NCBI RefSeq assembly: GCF_006345805.1
Contig: NC_043011.1
Location: forward strand, 10,912,001-10,976,000
DNA from: Octopus sinensis
Taxonomy: Eukaryota
Reading direction: 5' to 3'
DNA length: 64,000 nucleotides
Within the stretch, counting starts at the first letter, position 1; the number at the start of each line of letters is the position of its first letter. Positions 12,698 through 24,919 of the stretch are shown one piece after another. The notes beneath the pieces were generated by a model. It was given only the letters and a program-made list of their open reading frames with translations. It made no database searches and had not been told where the DNA came from. The position numbers and the translations under genes are program-made.

Positions 12698-13245
12698 GAG
12701 CAAACACACGGTGGTGAGGTGTCAAACATTTAAACCAAATTTTCTCAAAAATTTTCATTAAAAAATAATTAAGCATGCCTTTTATTTCAATAAAATGTTT
12801 GGTTTTGTTTCTTGAGAAACCAAATAGTCTTTCCTTCCTTCATGCCAAGTTTGAAGAAAATATTTCTTTTGCATCTTACTTTTTTGGTCTCTTAGATATA
12901 CAGCATTTTGTGGCATTATTTCAAGCCAGCCAGCTTTTTTGGGGCAAACTGCACGTGCATTTTTCTCGCATACGTGTAGTATCGATCACAACAGCTGATG
13001 TACTTGCATACGTGTAGTATCGATCACAACAGCTGATGTACTTGCACGTACAAATGCACGTTCCCACAGCTTTATCGATCGCATTCTCACCTGGAATCGA
13101 TTTTTGTAATTTTTTCAAGACTTATACACACCCTGATACCGTATCTACGTATCAAATTTGAGCGCAGTCAGATGGAGGATGCCCGAGATCCTAGAAGACA
13201 CACACACACACACACACAGAACAGATTTTATATAATATATATATA
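12696..13245 (-). mobile_element. Non-autonomous Helitron-like element (~550 bp)
   Basis: Homologous to 40420-40980 in the opposite orientation; TC-tatata 5' end, internal CA microsatellite, aaatttgagcgca motif, ctcgt-type 3' end; internal 38-bp tandem repeat at ~12968-13045. Confidence 0.6.
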
Positions 13246-13728
13246 GAGAGAGACAAGAAATAAGAAATATACTGGAAATAGCAGTCTACAACGATATCTA
13301 TGTAAAGCTTCAATGAAATATATACTGGCAAAGATGTATGTGGGCAGTGAACTTAAAAAGTTTTGTCTTACTTCTTGACAGAACATCATAAAAATGAACC
13401 CAAAATAGATAATCTCGAACCTGAGTTTCAGACTTTCCAAAATGCGGTTGTTATCATAAATTTGATTAGTCCTCATCAGCTAGATTCTCCTATGATGAAA
13501 ATTTAAAAATATTGTTACATCTTGCCGGTATATTCAGCTGAACACTAGCCGTTAACAACCGAGATCAATGAAAAAGTTTTCTATAATTTTTTTACATTAG
13601 TATCACTTTCCAGCAAGGCCATCAATAAGCTCCTGCAACCCCTGTGGTCACGTGGTACCTCTGCAGTTGAGGAGCCCCATGTTAAGATCAAAGTACACAG
13701 ATGAGTCATTTATTTACTTTGGTTAAGT

Positions 13729-14130
13729 AAATTCATTTGTTGTCAGTCAGTTTTCCATTATCATAATAAGATTTGTTGTAGTTCCCATTCTTATTACAAT
13801 ATACTGCTTTTTAAGGGCATCATTATAGTATTCAGCATTATTATTAAAGTTTTCCTCATTTTCCTTTGTTTCTTACTTTATATATGGACGGTGGTGAGGT
13901 GTCAAACATTTAAACCAAATTTTCTCAAAAATTTTCATTAAAAAATAATTAAGCATGCCTTTTATTTCAATAAAATGTTTGGTTTTGTTAAACAAAGTTA
14001 AGGCAAAAAAAAACTTCTTGAGAAACCAAATAGTCTTTCCTTCCTTCATGCCAAGTTTGAAGAAAATATTTCTTTTGCATCTTACTTTTTTGGTCTCTTA
14101 AATATACGGCATTTTGTGGCATTATTTCAA
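13729..14130. repeat. Local direct duplication of ~12497-12920
   Basis: aattcatttgttgtcagtcag... through ...gcattttgtggcattatttcaag repeated with a few differences. Confidence 0.9.
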
Positions 14131-14189
14131 GAATTAAACTATCTGTTAATTGAAAATTTCCGGTCAGCTCCCCAGCTGCTGACGTCATC

Positions 14190-14634
14190 CCACATGTACC
14201 TACATACCCGGCTTCATTCGGGATGACATCGATTTTCTATCCCATCTTCCCAAAACCACAGAAACAAATTCAATCCTACTAAGCTTTGATGTAGTAAGCC
14301 TTTACACCAATATCCCACATGATTTAGGAATAAAGGCGATCATATACTGGGTAAATAAACATAGAGAAGCAATTCCCAACAGATTAACAGTGACATTCAT
14401 ATTATATTCAGTTAGACTTATTCTGGAAAACAACACTTTCTTCTTCAATAGAAAGAACTACATCCAGATTAAAGGCACGGCTATGGGAACGAAGTTTGCT
14501 CCCGCTTATGCGAACTCAGTGATGGGATACTTAGAACAAAATCTCTACCAGGAAATAGAGGAGAGATACAGAACTGAATTTAGGAAGTATATTGAAAAAG
14601 CATGGAAGAGATACCTTGACGATTGCTTCATTTT
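14190..14634 (+). mobile_element. Penelope-like reverse transcriptase fragment
   Basis: SFDVVSLYTNIP ... YIQIKGTAMGTKFAPAYAN ... WKRYLDDCF. Confidence 0.9.
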
Positions 14635-14860
14635 CATCTCAATCGAAGGAGAGGGGCTTTCTCCGTCCGGGTTGCGGATCCGTGGAATAAGCTGCCGGAC
14701 AAGATGGTGAAGATGCCGACGACCGCTCAGTTCAAAGTCTCCCTTGACCACAAGTGGCCTGAACTCTTTACATGAACACCACCCTGTACATAACTCCATG
14801 TCCCCCTACATGGCCTTGCTTTTTGCTTTTTGAGCCAAAAATTAACTAACTAACTAACTA
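14635..14860 (+). mobile_element. CR1-type LINE 3' end with (AACT)n tail
   Basis: Translates LNRRRGAFSVRVADPWNKLPDKMVKMPTTAQFKVSLDHKW, the CR1 ORF2 C-terminal motif, then ends in aactaactaact. Confidence 0.75.
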
Positions 14861-14931
14861 CAGATTGAGCAGGGCCATCTACCTAAAGAGATTTGTGATT
14901 TGTCTGCCTTCCTATTTACTAAGACTTTGAT

Positions 14932-15009
<78 letters not shown>

Positions 15010-15052
15010 ATAAATCTCAGAGCGAGTTATAAACAGTAGTGGTAACACATCG

Positions 15053-15198
15053 TGACGCATATTTGCCATTTGAATATGGCTGAGAGGACACAGATAGTGT
15101 GTCTATAGCCAGCTGGAGGAGATATCTTCCTGGGGCTACAAACTACAGTAGCATCCACCCTTATGGGTTAGCCATATTCAAATGGCAAATATGCGTCA
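15053..15198. mobile_element. Small fold-back/MITE-like element with perfect 29-bp inverted repeats
   Basis: tgacgcatatttgccatttgaatatggct (15053-15081) and agccatattcaaatggcaaatatgcgtca (15170-15198), flanked by (AT)n. Confidence 0.75.
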
Positions 15199-15232
15199 TT
15201 ATATATATATATATACACACATATATATATAT

Positions 15233-15268
<36 letters not shown>

Positions 15269-15322
15269 AAAAAAGTCATCAGAATTTTGGAAAGAACTTT
15301 TTTTATTGTTAAATCTTCATTT

Positions 15323-15366
15323 TCATATTAGCGCTTTCGTTCATCTTTCGAACTTGTCAAATACAA
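15323..15366 (-). ncRNA. Degenerate minimal hammerhead-ribozyme-like motif
   Basis: - strand ttgtat-TTGACAA-gttc(gaaagat)gaac-GAAA-gcgc-TA-atatga; two core substitutions versus CUGANGA. Confidence 0.45.
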
Positions 15367-15507
15367 TTCTATGAATACAATTCATACAATTGTCAAATAC
15401 AATTCTATGAATATTTATATAAAATAGATGTTTTGGGGGATTTTGTTTATAAGAGAACATTGTTTTTGTTTTGTTTTTTGGGGGGTGAGGCTTTGAAGTC
15501 AAGGAAG

Positions 15508-15510
15508 ATG

Positions 15511-15573
<63 letters not shown>

Positions 15574-15644
15574 GGATGGATGGATGGATGGATGGATGGA
15601 TGGATGGATGGATGGATGGATGGAAAGATAGGTAGGTAGGTATG

Positions 15645-15688
<44 letters not shown>

Positions 15689-15696
15689 AAGATAGG

Positions 15697-15743
<47 letters not shown>

Positions 15744-15790
15744 TTAGATAGATAGATAGGTAGGTATGTAGATAGATAGATAGATAGAAA
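15508..15790. repeat. (GATA)n/(GGAT)n compound microsatellite
   Basis: Direct reading. Confidence 0.95.
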
Positions 15791-16298
15791 AGCACCCAGA
15801 TAGACAGATAGAAAGATGGGTAGGGTAAAAGAGAGAGAGAAGGGCTATTCATTTTCCTATCCACCACTTTTCATTGTATTGAATTGGACTTTTTAAGAAT
15901 TGTCAAAAAATAAATAGATAAGTGTAAAAACTTGTTTACTACTTACACCATTGTTTTGAAATGGTTTTTGGTAGGGATGGTAAGAAAAGAAAATGAAAAA
16001 AAAGAAAGAAAAAATAGAGAATAAGAAATAAAAATAATTTTTTAAATGTTTTCCTGTCCTTTCTGCTTTAGTCCTTTCTTTTTATATTCTTTGAATTATA
16101 TTAGAATATATTCCTGTCATCTATTTATTTTTGGTAAGGTTTAGTTCTGTATGAAAATACATTAGTAAAATAAAATAACTATATATATATCATACCCATA
16201 CATATATACATATAGTTAATCCAAACAAGAAAGCACAAAAAAACACAACACGACGTGGAACAAATATAGTATTATTGCATGCTCAGGAAAGAAGGAAG

Positions 16299-16333
16299 GT
16301 TTAATGTTTCAAGCGGAGCTCTTCATCGGAGAC
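16299..16333 (-). ncRNA. Degenerate minimal hammerhead-ribozyme-like motif 3' of a Penelope ORF
   Basis: - strand gtct-CCGATGA-a-gagc(tcc)gctt-GAAAC-atTA-aac, ~120 nt downstream of the Penelope stop codon on the same strand. Confidence 0.5.
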
Positions 16334-16451
16334 ATAGGAGAAGGAAAGATCCAGAGAAGGGAAGACAGAGGAAAAAAAATCGCCAACAGTACACACGAGG
16401 TCACATTTTACATACATACAAAACGTATTCTTTGCTTTTCTTTTTTCTCTT

Positions 16452-17448
16452 TCAAACATTTAATTTTGGAGAGAATCTTTTTATGAAGTGTAGTTCCATT
16501 GCCTTTCGGTATTGCGGATCGTCCCATGTACATTTGTAAAAGGGAAAGATTTTGAACTTTCCGTCTCAGCATATTTCTAGATACTTACTCAATGGAATCT
16601 TTCGTAGTTCTTCTTGCCAGATATGTTGCCTGTGAATTCTTGCACGTTGGCAGAGGAGAGTTAATTGTTTCGCCAATGTAATTTTCTTTACAGTTTGGGC
16701 AGGTAATGCAGTATATGAGATTTTGTGTTTTACGGTTCATATCTGCATTTATTTTAAAAATGGATCCATTCTTGAACTTTATGTGGGAACCACTTTCTAC
16801 GTACTTGAAGTTGTTGGTATTGTTACATGTTCCATATCTCCTATCTCCGCATTCTTTTACTACAAACTCTGGTTCATTCTCTGATCTGAATTCTGCCCTA
16901 GTGAGGTGTTTTTTAAGATTTTTTTGGTTGGCGTCTGTTATTTCGTAAGGTGTTTTTTCAATCAGAGTTTTCATTCTGGGGCTTTGTAGGTAAGTTGGAT
17001 TTTATGACATAGAATATGTTAGATATTCCAGGACTGTATGTGTTAACGAACGGAATCGTGTTTTCATTAACTTTTTTCTTAGGTGTCTGTAGTTGGGTGA
17101 TATTCAGTTTCATCGCCTTTTTATTCCTTCATTAATTAAGTCTAAGGGGTATTTTTGTATAGTAAGGAAGCCTTTGAATTCATTGAGTCTGATTTCATGT
17201 GTTTTAGGGGTCAGTCACTATAGCACAGATGTGTCTAGCCATGCTGAATAGGATGTTTCTTTTGATGTGTGATGGATGGCAACAGTAAAATTCTGATATT
17301 AGTGTGCATCCGTTTTTTTGGTAAAATATGTCTGTTGTGACTCTGCAGTTCTGTATTTTTATGTAGATATCCAGGAATGGTAGTTCATTGAAACTGGATT
17401 CCATTGTAAATTTGATGGAAGGGTGAAGTGTATTCAGTATATTGCTAA

Positions 17449-17508
<60 letters not shown>

Positions 17509-18700
17509 AATTATTGTATACAGTGCTCAGGTGCACCACAACTTGTCAGAAAGTGCATATAAAGTGCATGCAGTAATGTACAAATGTCTGGAAAACGAAC
17601 AGTGTATGAGTCAGATACATGCTTGTGTGTGTATGGAGGGGAGAAAATCAGGTGTAGTGTTGGCGAATCTCAGGAAGCATGGAAGTTTTGAAGGATGCAG
17701 TGCAACTGATGCCGGCAGTTTGTTCCATGCTTCAGCAACTCTCAGCGTGAAAAAATGTTTCCTAAAGTCATGGGAACTGTGCTGTTTTCTGACTTTGTAA
17801 ACATGTCTACGGGTGTTAGACAGGTGGAGTTTGAAAAGGTGCTCAGAGTTATTGTTTGTAAGATGGTTGATAATTTTATGGGTGTCTGCCAAGTCAGCTG
17901 CCAGACGTCGGAGTTTCAATGTGTCCATGCCCAGGGAAGTAAGGCGTTCAGAATATGGCAAATGCCTGATGGAGGGTATTCTTTTGGTTGCACATGGCTG
18001 AACGGCTTCCAAACGATTAATATCCTGGGCAAGATAGGGGTTCCAGACCGGTGATGCAAATTCCAGTGAGGTCTTACCATAGCTATATAAATATATTTAT
18101 GTCTTCATTTGATTTTTCCCAAAAGATGAAGCAATCATCAAGGAAGTGTTTCTACTTTTTAATGATATATTCCTTGTATTCCTGATCAAAAGTTTTTTCT
18201 ACTTCCTCATAGAGTTTTTCTTCTAAGTATCCCATAACTAAGTTTGCATATGAGATGTACCCATAGCCGTGCCCTTTATCTGCCGATATGCTTTATTGTC
18301 GAATTTAAAGTTATTTTCCTCTAGTACTAGATGCGTGGCCTTAGTGATGAAGTCAGTCTTGAAGCATTCATTTATCCATTCTCTGTGTTTTTCTACACAG
18401 TGATTGATTGTTTCTAGGCCTAAAGTGCGAGGTATATTGGTATAAAGATTAGTGACATCAAAACTTGCCAGTATAGTACCTTCTGTAACAGTGGCAGGGA
18501 TGTGTTGTATGAAATCTATGCTATCCCGTACATAGCTGGGTATTAATGAGCACAAAGGTTTTAGGAGTATATCTAGAAAATGACTAAGCTGTGGGGTTGG
18601 TGCTTGAGGTCCAGCAATTATTGGCCTTAGTTTGAGGTCAGCAGGTCTTAGTATTTTTACGTATTTGTTTTCTTTTTTGCTTACTTATGGCATTTCGTAT
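16452..18700 (-). mobile_element. Penelope-like element (RT plus GIY-YIG endonuclease), decayed and interrupted by CR1
   Basis: LRPIIAGP, ASFDVTNLYTNIP, YRQIKGTAMG, LHPSIKFTME..LPFLD, NLIYCITCPNCKENYIGET, MELHFIKRFSPKLNV* (stop 16452-16454). Confidence 0.92.
17454..18087 (-). mobile_element. 5'-truncated CR1 LINE with (TTA)n tail inserted in the Penelope RT
   Basis: FASPVWNPY...YSERLTSLGMDTLKLRRL...HFFTLRVAEAWNKLP; apparent TSD taaatata at 17446-17453 and 18088-18095; removing the insert restores NEDINIFSNILNTLHP. Confidence 0.9.
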
Positions 18701-19070
18701 TTCAGGTTTATACCTGTAATTATTGGGGCCCTGGGATATGTATCTCTATGCATGAGAATACATAGATAAAACAAACATACAAATCTGCACACATACATAC
18801 ATACATGCATACATACATATGTACATACATACATACATACATGCATACATACATATGTACATATATACATACATACATACATAAATGTATACACACATAC
18901 ATACATAAATGTATACACACATACATACATAAATGTATACACACATACATACATACATACAAACAAAAATACCCTGTTGTTGATGTTGAAATTCTAATGA
19001 AGGAACCTTGGATCCAGGTTAGAAACTGGTTCTTTCTCTATTGGCAAGAAATCTTGAAATAAACTGACTA
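18701..19070 (+). mobile_element. Short, internally deleted R4/Dong-type 3' end
   Basis: Homologous to the 3' part of 36057-37072, with a deletion between two gatatgt motifs. Confidence 0.75.
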
Positions 19071-19078
19071 ACGACATT

Positions 19079-19110
<32 letters not shown>

Positions 19111-19130
19111 TACATACATACATACATACA

Positions 19131-20040
19131 TAAAGCAGTTTATCATGGACGAATAGCCAAATTATTACCTCTCACTTTGAAGGGTATGTGTTTGCAATTC
19201 CGGAACAGGAAATATCAACCAAGTACCTGATGCACAAAAGGGATAGAGATGCGGGAAAAGCTGTAAAATGTGACAACTGATGCAGACTTTGTGGAGTTCA
19301 CACTGAAGATATCACTGCTTATAATAAGCCATTGTTCAAAAATCTCATCACGGTATTATCTACCAATGAGACATGGCATTTGTAGCTAGGACACTCTATA
19401 ATGAAATCTGTTAGAAGGATAATCCCAAGGAAAAAGAAATAAAACCCCACAAAATGGTAGAAACCATAGCCACTCATAATGAAAAGCAATACTGATGGGA
19501 TGTACCAGTGAAGACCTCAATAAAATGTAAGCACAACAGACCTGATATAATAATTTGGGATGGAGAAGGGAAACTGTGTACAGTTGTGGAAATTAGCTGC
19601 CCAGCGGTTAACATAAAGCTAAATGAAGATCAGTAAAAAAGAGAACTCCTATGCTGAACTATTGAGAAGTATGCAGTTACTCTATTCAGGTAACAAGTTC
19701 AGGTTTATACCAGTAATTATTGGGGTCCTGGGATATGTTACACACTGCCTAAATACCAATCTTGAGAAATTAGGCTTCTCAAAACCAGAAAGGAGAAAGC
19801 TAATTCAAAGCTACAGACCCACCCATCACTGGAACTGTAAAAATCTGTAAAACTTTCCAGAAGTTTATCGTTTAAATATATATGAGCATGTCTAGATATG
19901 TAACTCTATGCATGAGAATACATACATAAAGCATACAAATCTGCACATACATACATGCATACATACAAACATACATACATGCATACATACGTACGTACAT
20001 ACATACATACATACAAACAAACAAACAAAAAAATACCCTG
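19131..20040 (+). mobile_element. R4/Dong-clade non-LTR retrotransposon 3' fragment (zinc knuckle plus restriction-like endonuclease), cut at the duplication junction
   Basis: FEGYVFAIPEQEIST, CRLCGVHTEDI, NRPDIIIWD..VEISCP..KKENSYAEL..FIPVIIGVLG. Confidence 0.85.
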
Positions 20041-23000
20041 CAGGTAAGAAAGTGTCAAAATGTAGGAAATGTGTACTCGAAAAACAACAAAAAATTTAAT
20101 GATCTGTTAGGCGGAGATAAGTTACTTGATTGATAATTAGCTTATATTTATTGAAGAATGATATTTAGCTTATATTCATCAGAGATATCACTAAAGTCTC
20201 AAAAATTTTCAGGTTGGAAAGTGTCAAAATGTCGTAAATGTGTACTTGAAAAACGACAAAAAAGTAAAGTGATCTGTTAGGTAAAGAAGCATATATTTAT
20301 CCAAGGTATCAATAAAGTCTCAAAAGTTTAAGGTAAGAAAGTGTCAAAATGTGGCAAATGTGGCAAATGTTTTTCAAGTGAAAAACAACAAAAAAGTTTA
20401 GGGAGCTGTTAGGTAAAGAAGCATATATTTATCCCAGATATCACTCGTCTCAAGAGGTTTCAGGTCAGATATCCAAGATATCAATAAAGTCTTAAAAGTT
20501 TTCAGGTAAGAAAGTGTCAAAATATTGAAAATGTGTTTCTGGGAAAACAACAAAAAACTTTAGGGAACTGTTCGGTAAAGAAGCATATATTTATCCAAGA
20601 TATCAATAAAGTCTCAAATGTCTTCAGATTACAAAGTTTCAAAATAATGCAAATGTGTACTTGAAAAACAACAAAAGTCTCAAAAGTTTTCAGGTAAGAA
20701 AGTGTCAAAATGTTGAAAAGGTGTCCTTCAGAAACGATAAAAAATTTAGTGGGTAAAGATAAAATAAATGATAGATGATAATCTAATATTTATCCAAGAT
20801 ATCATTAAATCTCAAAAGTTTTCAGGTTTGAAAGTGTAAAAATGTTGCAAATTGTGTACTCTTACCTGAAAACATTTGAGTCTTTAGTTATTTTGCCTAA
20901 CAGACCAGTGAATTTTTTGTTGTTTTTCAAGTACACGTTTCCATTACTTTGACACATTGTTACCTGAAAACCTTTGAGACTTTAGTGATATCTTAGATAA
21001 ATATAAGCTAATTATCAATCAACTTATCTCTCTACCCAACAGATCACTAAATTTTTTGTTGTTTTTCGAGTACTCACTTGCAACATTTTGACACATTTTA
21101 ACCTTAAAACTTTAGTGATATCTTGGATAAATGTAAACTAATTATCAATCTTGGACTGATAATTGGATTGAAAATCTCTACCTAACAGATCTGTAAACTT
21201 TTTGTTGCTTTTCGAGTACACATTTCCTACATTTTCAGTCTTTCTTACCTGAAAAGTTTTAAGACTTTAGTGATATCTTGGATAAATATATGCTTATTGT
21301 CAGTCATTTAACTTTTTATTACCTAACAGATCACTAAACTTTTTGTTGTTTTTCAAGTACACATTTTGACACTTTGTAACCTGAAAACTTTAGTGAAATC
21401 TTGGATAAATATGAGCTAATTATCAATCAAGTAACTTATCTTGTTTGAAGGTAAGAAAGTGTCAAAATGTAGGAAATGTGTACTCGAAAAACAAAAAATT
21501 TAATGATCTGTTAGGTAGCTAACAGATCATTCAATTTTTTGATGTTTTTGGAGAACACATTTGCAACATTTTAACACTTTCTTACCTGAAAACTTTTGAG
21601 ACTAGTGATATCTTGGATAAATATATGCTTAACCTACCTTTACCTAACACATCACTAAATTTTTTGTTGTTTTTCAAGTACACATTTACAACATTTTGAC
21701 ACTTTCTAACCTGAAAACCTTTGAGACTTTAGTGATGTCTTAGTTAAATATAAGCTAATTATGAACCAACTTATCTCTCTACCCAACAGATCACTAAATT
21801 TTTTCTTGTTTTTCGAGTACACATTTGCAACATTTCGACACTTTCTAACCTGAAAACTTTTAAGACTTTATTGATATCTTGGATATCTAAGCTGAAACCT
21901 CTTGAGACGAGTGATATCATGGATAAATATATGCTTCTCTACCTAACAGCTCCCTAAACTTTTTTGTTGTTTTTCAAGTACACATTTGCAACCTTTTGAC
22001 TCTTACCTGAAAACTTTTGAGTCTTTAGTTATTTTATCAATCATTTAACTTATCTTTGTCTGTTAGACCAGTGAATTTTTTGTTGTTTTTCAAGTACTCG
22101 TTTCCATTACTTTGACACATTGTAACCTGAAAACCTTTGAGACTTTAGTGATATCTTAGATAAATATAAATTAATTATCAATCAACTTATCTCTCTACCC
22201 AACAGATCACTAAATTTTTTGTTGTTTTTCGAGTACTCACTTGCAACATTTTGACACATTTTAACCTAAAAACTTTAGTGATATCTTGGATAAATGTAAA
22301 CTAATTATCAATCTTGGACTGATAATTGGATTGAAAATCCCTACTTAACAGATCAGTAAACTTTTTGTTGTTTTTCAAGTACACATTTCCATTTTCACAC
22401 TTCCCAACCTGAAAAGTTTTGAGACTTTAGTGATATCTCTGATAAATATAAGCTTATTATCAATCTTGGATAAATATAAGCTGATTATCACTTTAATTTG
22501 TTGTTTTTCAAGTACACATTTACAACATTTTGACACTTCCCAACCTGAAAATTTTTGAGACTAGTGATATCTCTGATAAATATAAGCTACTTATCAATCT
22601 TGTATAAATATAAGCTGATTATCAATCAAATAACTAATCTCTGCCTTACGGATCAGTAAATTTTTTGTTATTTTTCGAGTACACGTTTGTAACATTTTGA
22701 CACATTCCAACATAAAAATTTTAGGATTTACTGATAAATGTTAGCTTATTATCAAAACTTATATTTACCTGACAGATCACAAAATTTTTTGTTGTTTTTC
22801 AAGTACACATTTTCAACATTTTGACACTTTGTAACCTGAAAACCATTATAATCAAGTACACATTTGCAACATTTTTACACTTTTAAACCTGAAAACTTTT
22901 GAGATTTAATGATATCTTGGATAATTATTATCAATCATTTAACTTATCTTTACCCACTAAATTTTTTATCGTTTCTGAAGGACACATTTTCAACATTTTG

Positions 23001-24325
23001 ACACTTTCTTACCTGAAAAATTTTGAGACTTTTGTTGTTTTTCAAGTACACATTTGCATTATTTTGAAACTTTGTAATCTGAAGACATTTGAGACTTTAT
23101 TGATATCTTGGATAAATATATGCTTCGTTACCGAACAGTTCCCTAAAGTTTTTTGTTGTTTTCCCAGAAACACATTTTCAATATTTTGACACTTTCTTAC
23201 CTGAAAACTTTTAAGACTTTATTGATATCTTGGATATCTAACCTGAAACCTCTTGAGAGGAGTGATATCTTGGATAAATATATGCTTCTTTACCTAACAG
23301 CTCCCTAAACTTTTTTGTTGTTTTTCACTTGAAAAACATTTGCCACATTTGCCACATTTTGACACTTTCTTACCTTAAACTTTTGAGACTTTATTGATAC
23401 CTTGGATAAATATATGCTTCTTTACCTAACAGATCACTTTACTTTTTTGTCGTTTTTCAAGTACACATTTACGACATTTTGACACTTTCCAACCTGAAAA
23501 TTTTTGAGACTTTAGTGATATCTCTGATGAATATAAGCTAAATATCATTCTTCAATAAATATAAGCTAATTATCAATCAAGTAACTTATCTCTGCCTAAC
23601 AGATCATTAAATTTTTTGTTGTTTTTCGAGTACACATTTCCTACATTTTGACACTTTCTTACCTGAAAACTTTTGAGACTGGTAAATATAAGCTAATTAT
23701 CAATGAAGTAACAACATATCACTAAACTTTTTTGTCGTTTTTCAAATACACATTTTCAACATTTTGACACTTTCTAACCTGAAAGCTTTTGAGACTTGAG
23801 TGATAAGCTTATTATCAATCAGTTAATAGATCACTAAACTTTTTTGTTGTTTTCCAAGTACACATTTGCAACATTTTGAAATATTCTAACCCGAAAACTT
23901 TTAAGACTTTCGTAATATCTTGGATAAATATAAGCTTATTATCAATCATTTAACTTATACTTACCTAACAGATCACTAAATTTTTTGTTGTTTTTTAAAT
24001 ACACATTTGCAACATTTTGACACATTCCAACCTAAAAAAATTTGGGACTTTACTGATATCTGGGATAAATATTAGCTCAGTTAACTTATATTTACCTGAC
24101 AGATCACTAAACTTTTTTGACACTTTCCAACCTAAAATTTTGGGACTTTCCAAAAAAATCTGGGATAAATATAAGCTTACAGATCACTAAATTTTTTGTT
24201 GTTTTTCGAGTACACATTTGCAATATTTTGACACTTTCTAACATAAAAATTTTTGAGACTTCAGTGATATCTTGGATAAATATAACCTATTATCAATCAG
24301 TTAACTTATCTTTACCTAACAGATA
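20041..24325. repeat. ~141-bp satellite array (unit 2) with orientation switch at ~20860
   Basis: Same monomer and switch as 3135-7340. Confidence 0.9.
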
Positions 24326-24919
24326 AAATGCACCAATCCGTCCGTGGCTGATGTCAGCCTCGCCTAACATTGCCAGAGCAGACTGGGCCTGGTGCAGCCT
24401 TCTGGTTTCCCAGACCCCAGTTCAACTGTCCAACTAGCATGGAAAGCGGACGCTAAACGATGATGATGATGATTATGATTAAATCTATTTAGTAAGTCAA
24501 ACGAAACTATTTATTATTATAATTATCATCAATTAATTAATAAATTAAGTGTATTTATACCCCCATTCATTTAGTATAATGAGGACATCTTAATATGATA
24601 TGTATTTAATATTAAATACTAATATAATGATAAATTTAACAGTAACTACAAGAATATGCACTAAAATGAGGCAATTCAGAATTAGTCGACTGATAATCAA
24701 TTTTCCAAATGGAGTTAACATTGAGATGACAAAGCTCCCACACACACATATGTATATGATGATGATGGCTGCCCCCTCATTATCGAGTTTGGCTACTGGT
24801 GCTGTGATCGATTGTGACTTTTTAGCCCAGCTAAAGATCTACAATATCTTGTACAGGATTGGCAGTAATAGCCGGCTGTAGTTGAAACTGGGCTTCATGT
24901 TGGTTAAGTCCTCCTGCCG

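Larger units (their letters stand above)
3135..20040. repeat. Segmental tandem duplication, unit 1 (~16.9 kb)
   Basis: Colinear near-identity with 20041-36962; ORF track repeats with a ~16.9-17.0 kb offset. Confidence 0.95.

Noticed and set aside
13455-13490. Further hammerhead (- strand ctgatgaggac)
   Set aside because: No stem II partner or GAAAC box follows
17423-17800. Poly-Asn protein ORF
   Set aside because: Antisense of the CR1 (TTA)n tail and ORF end
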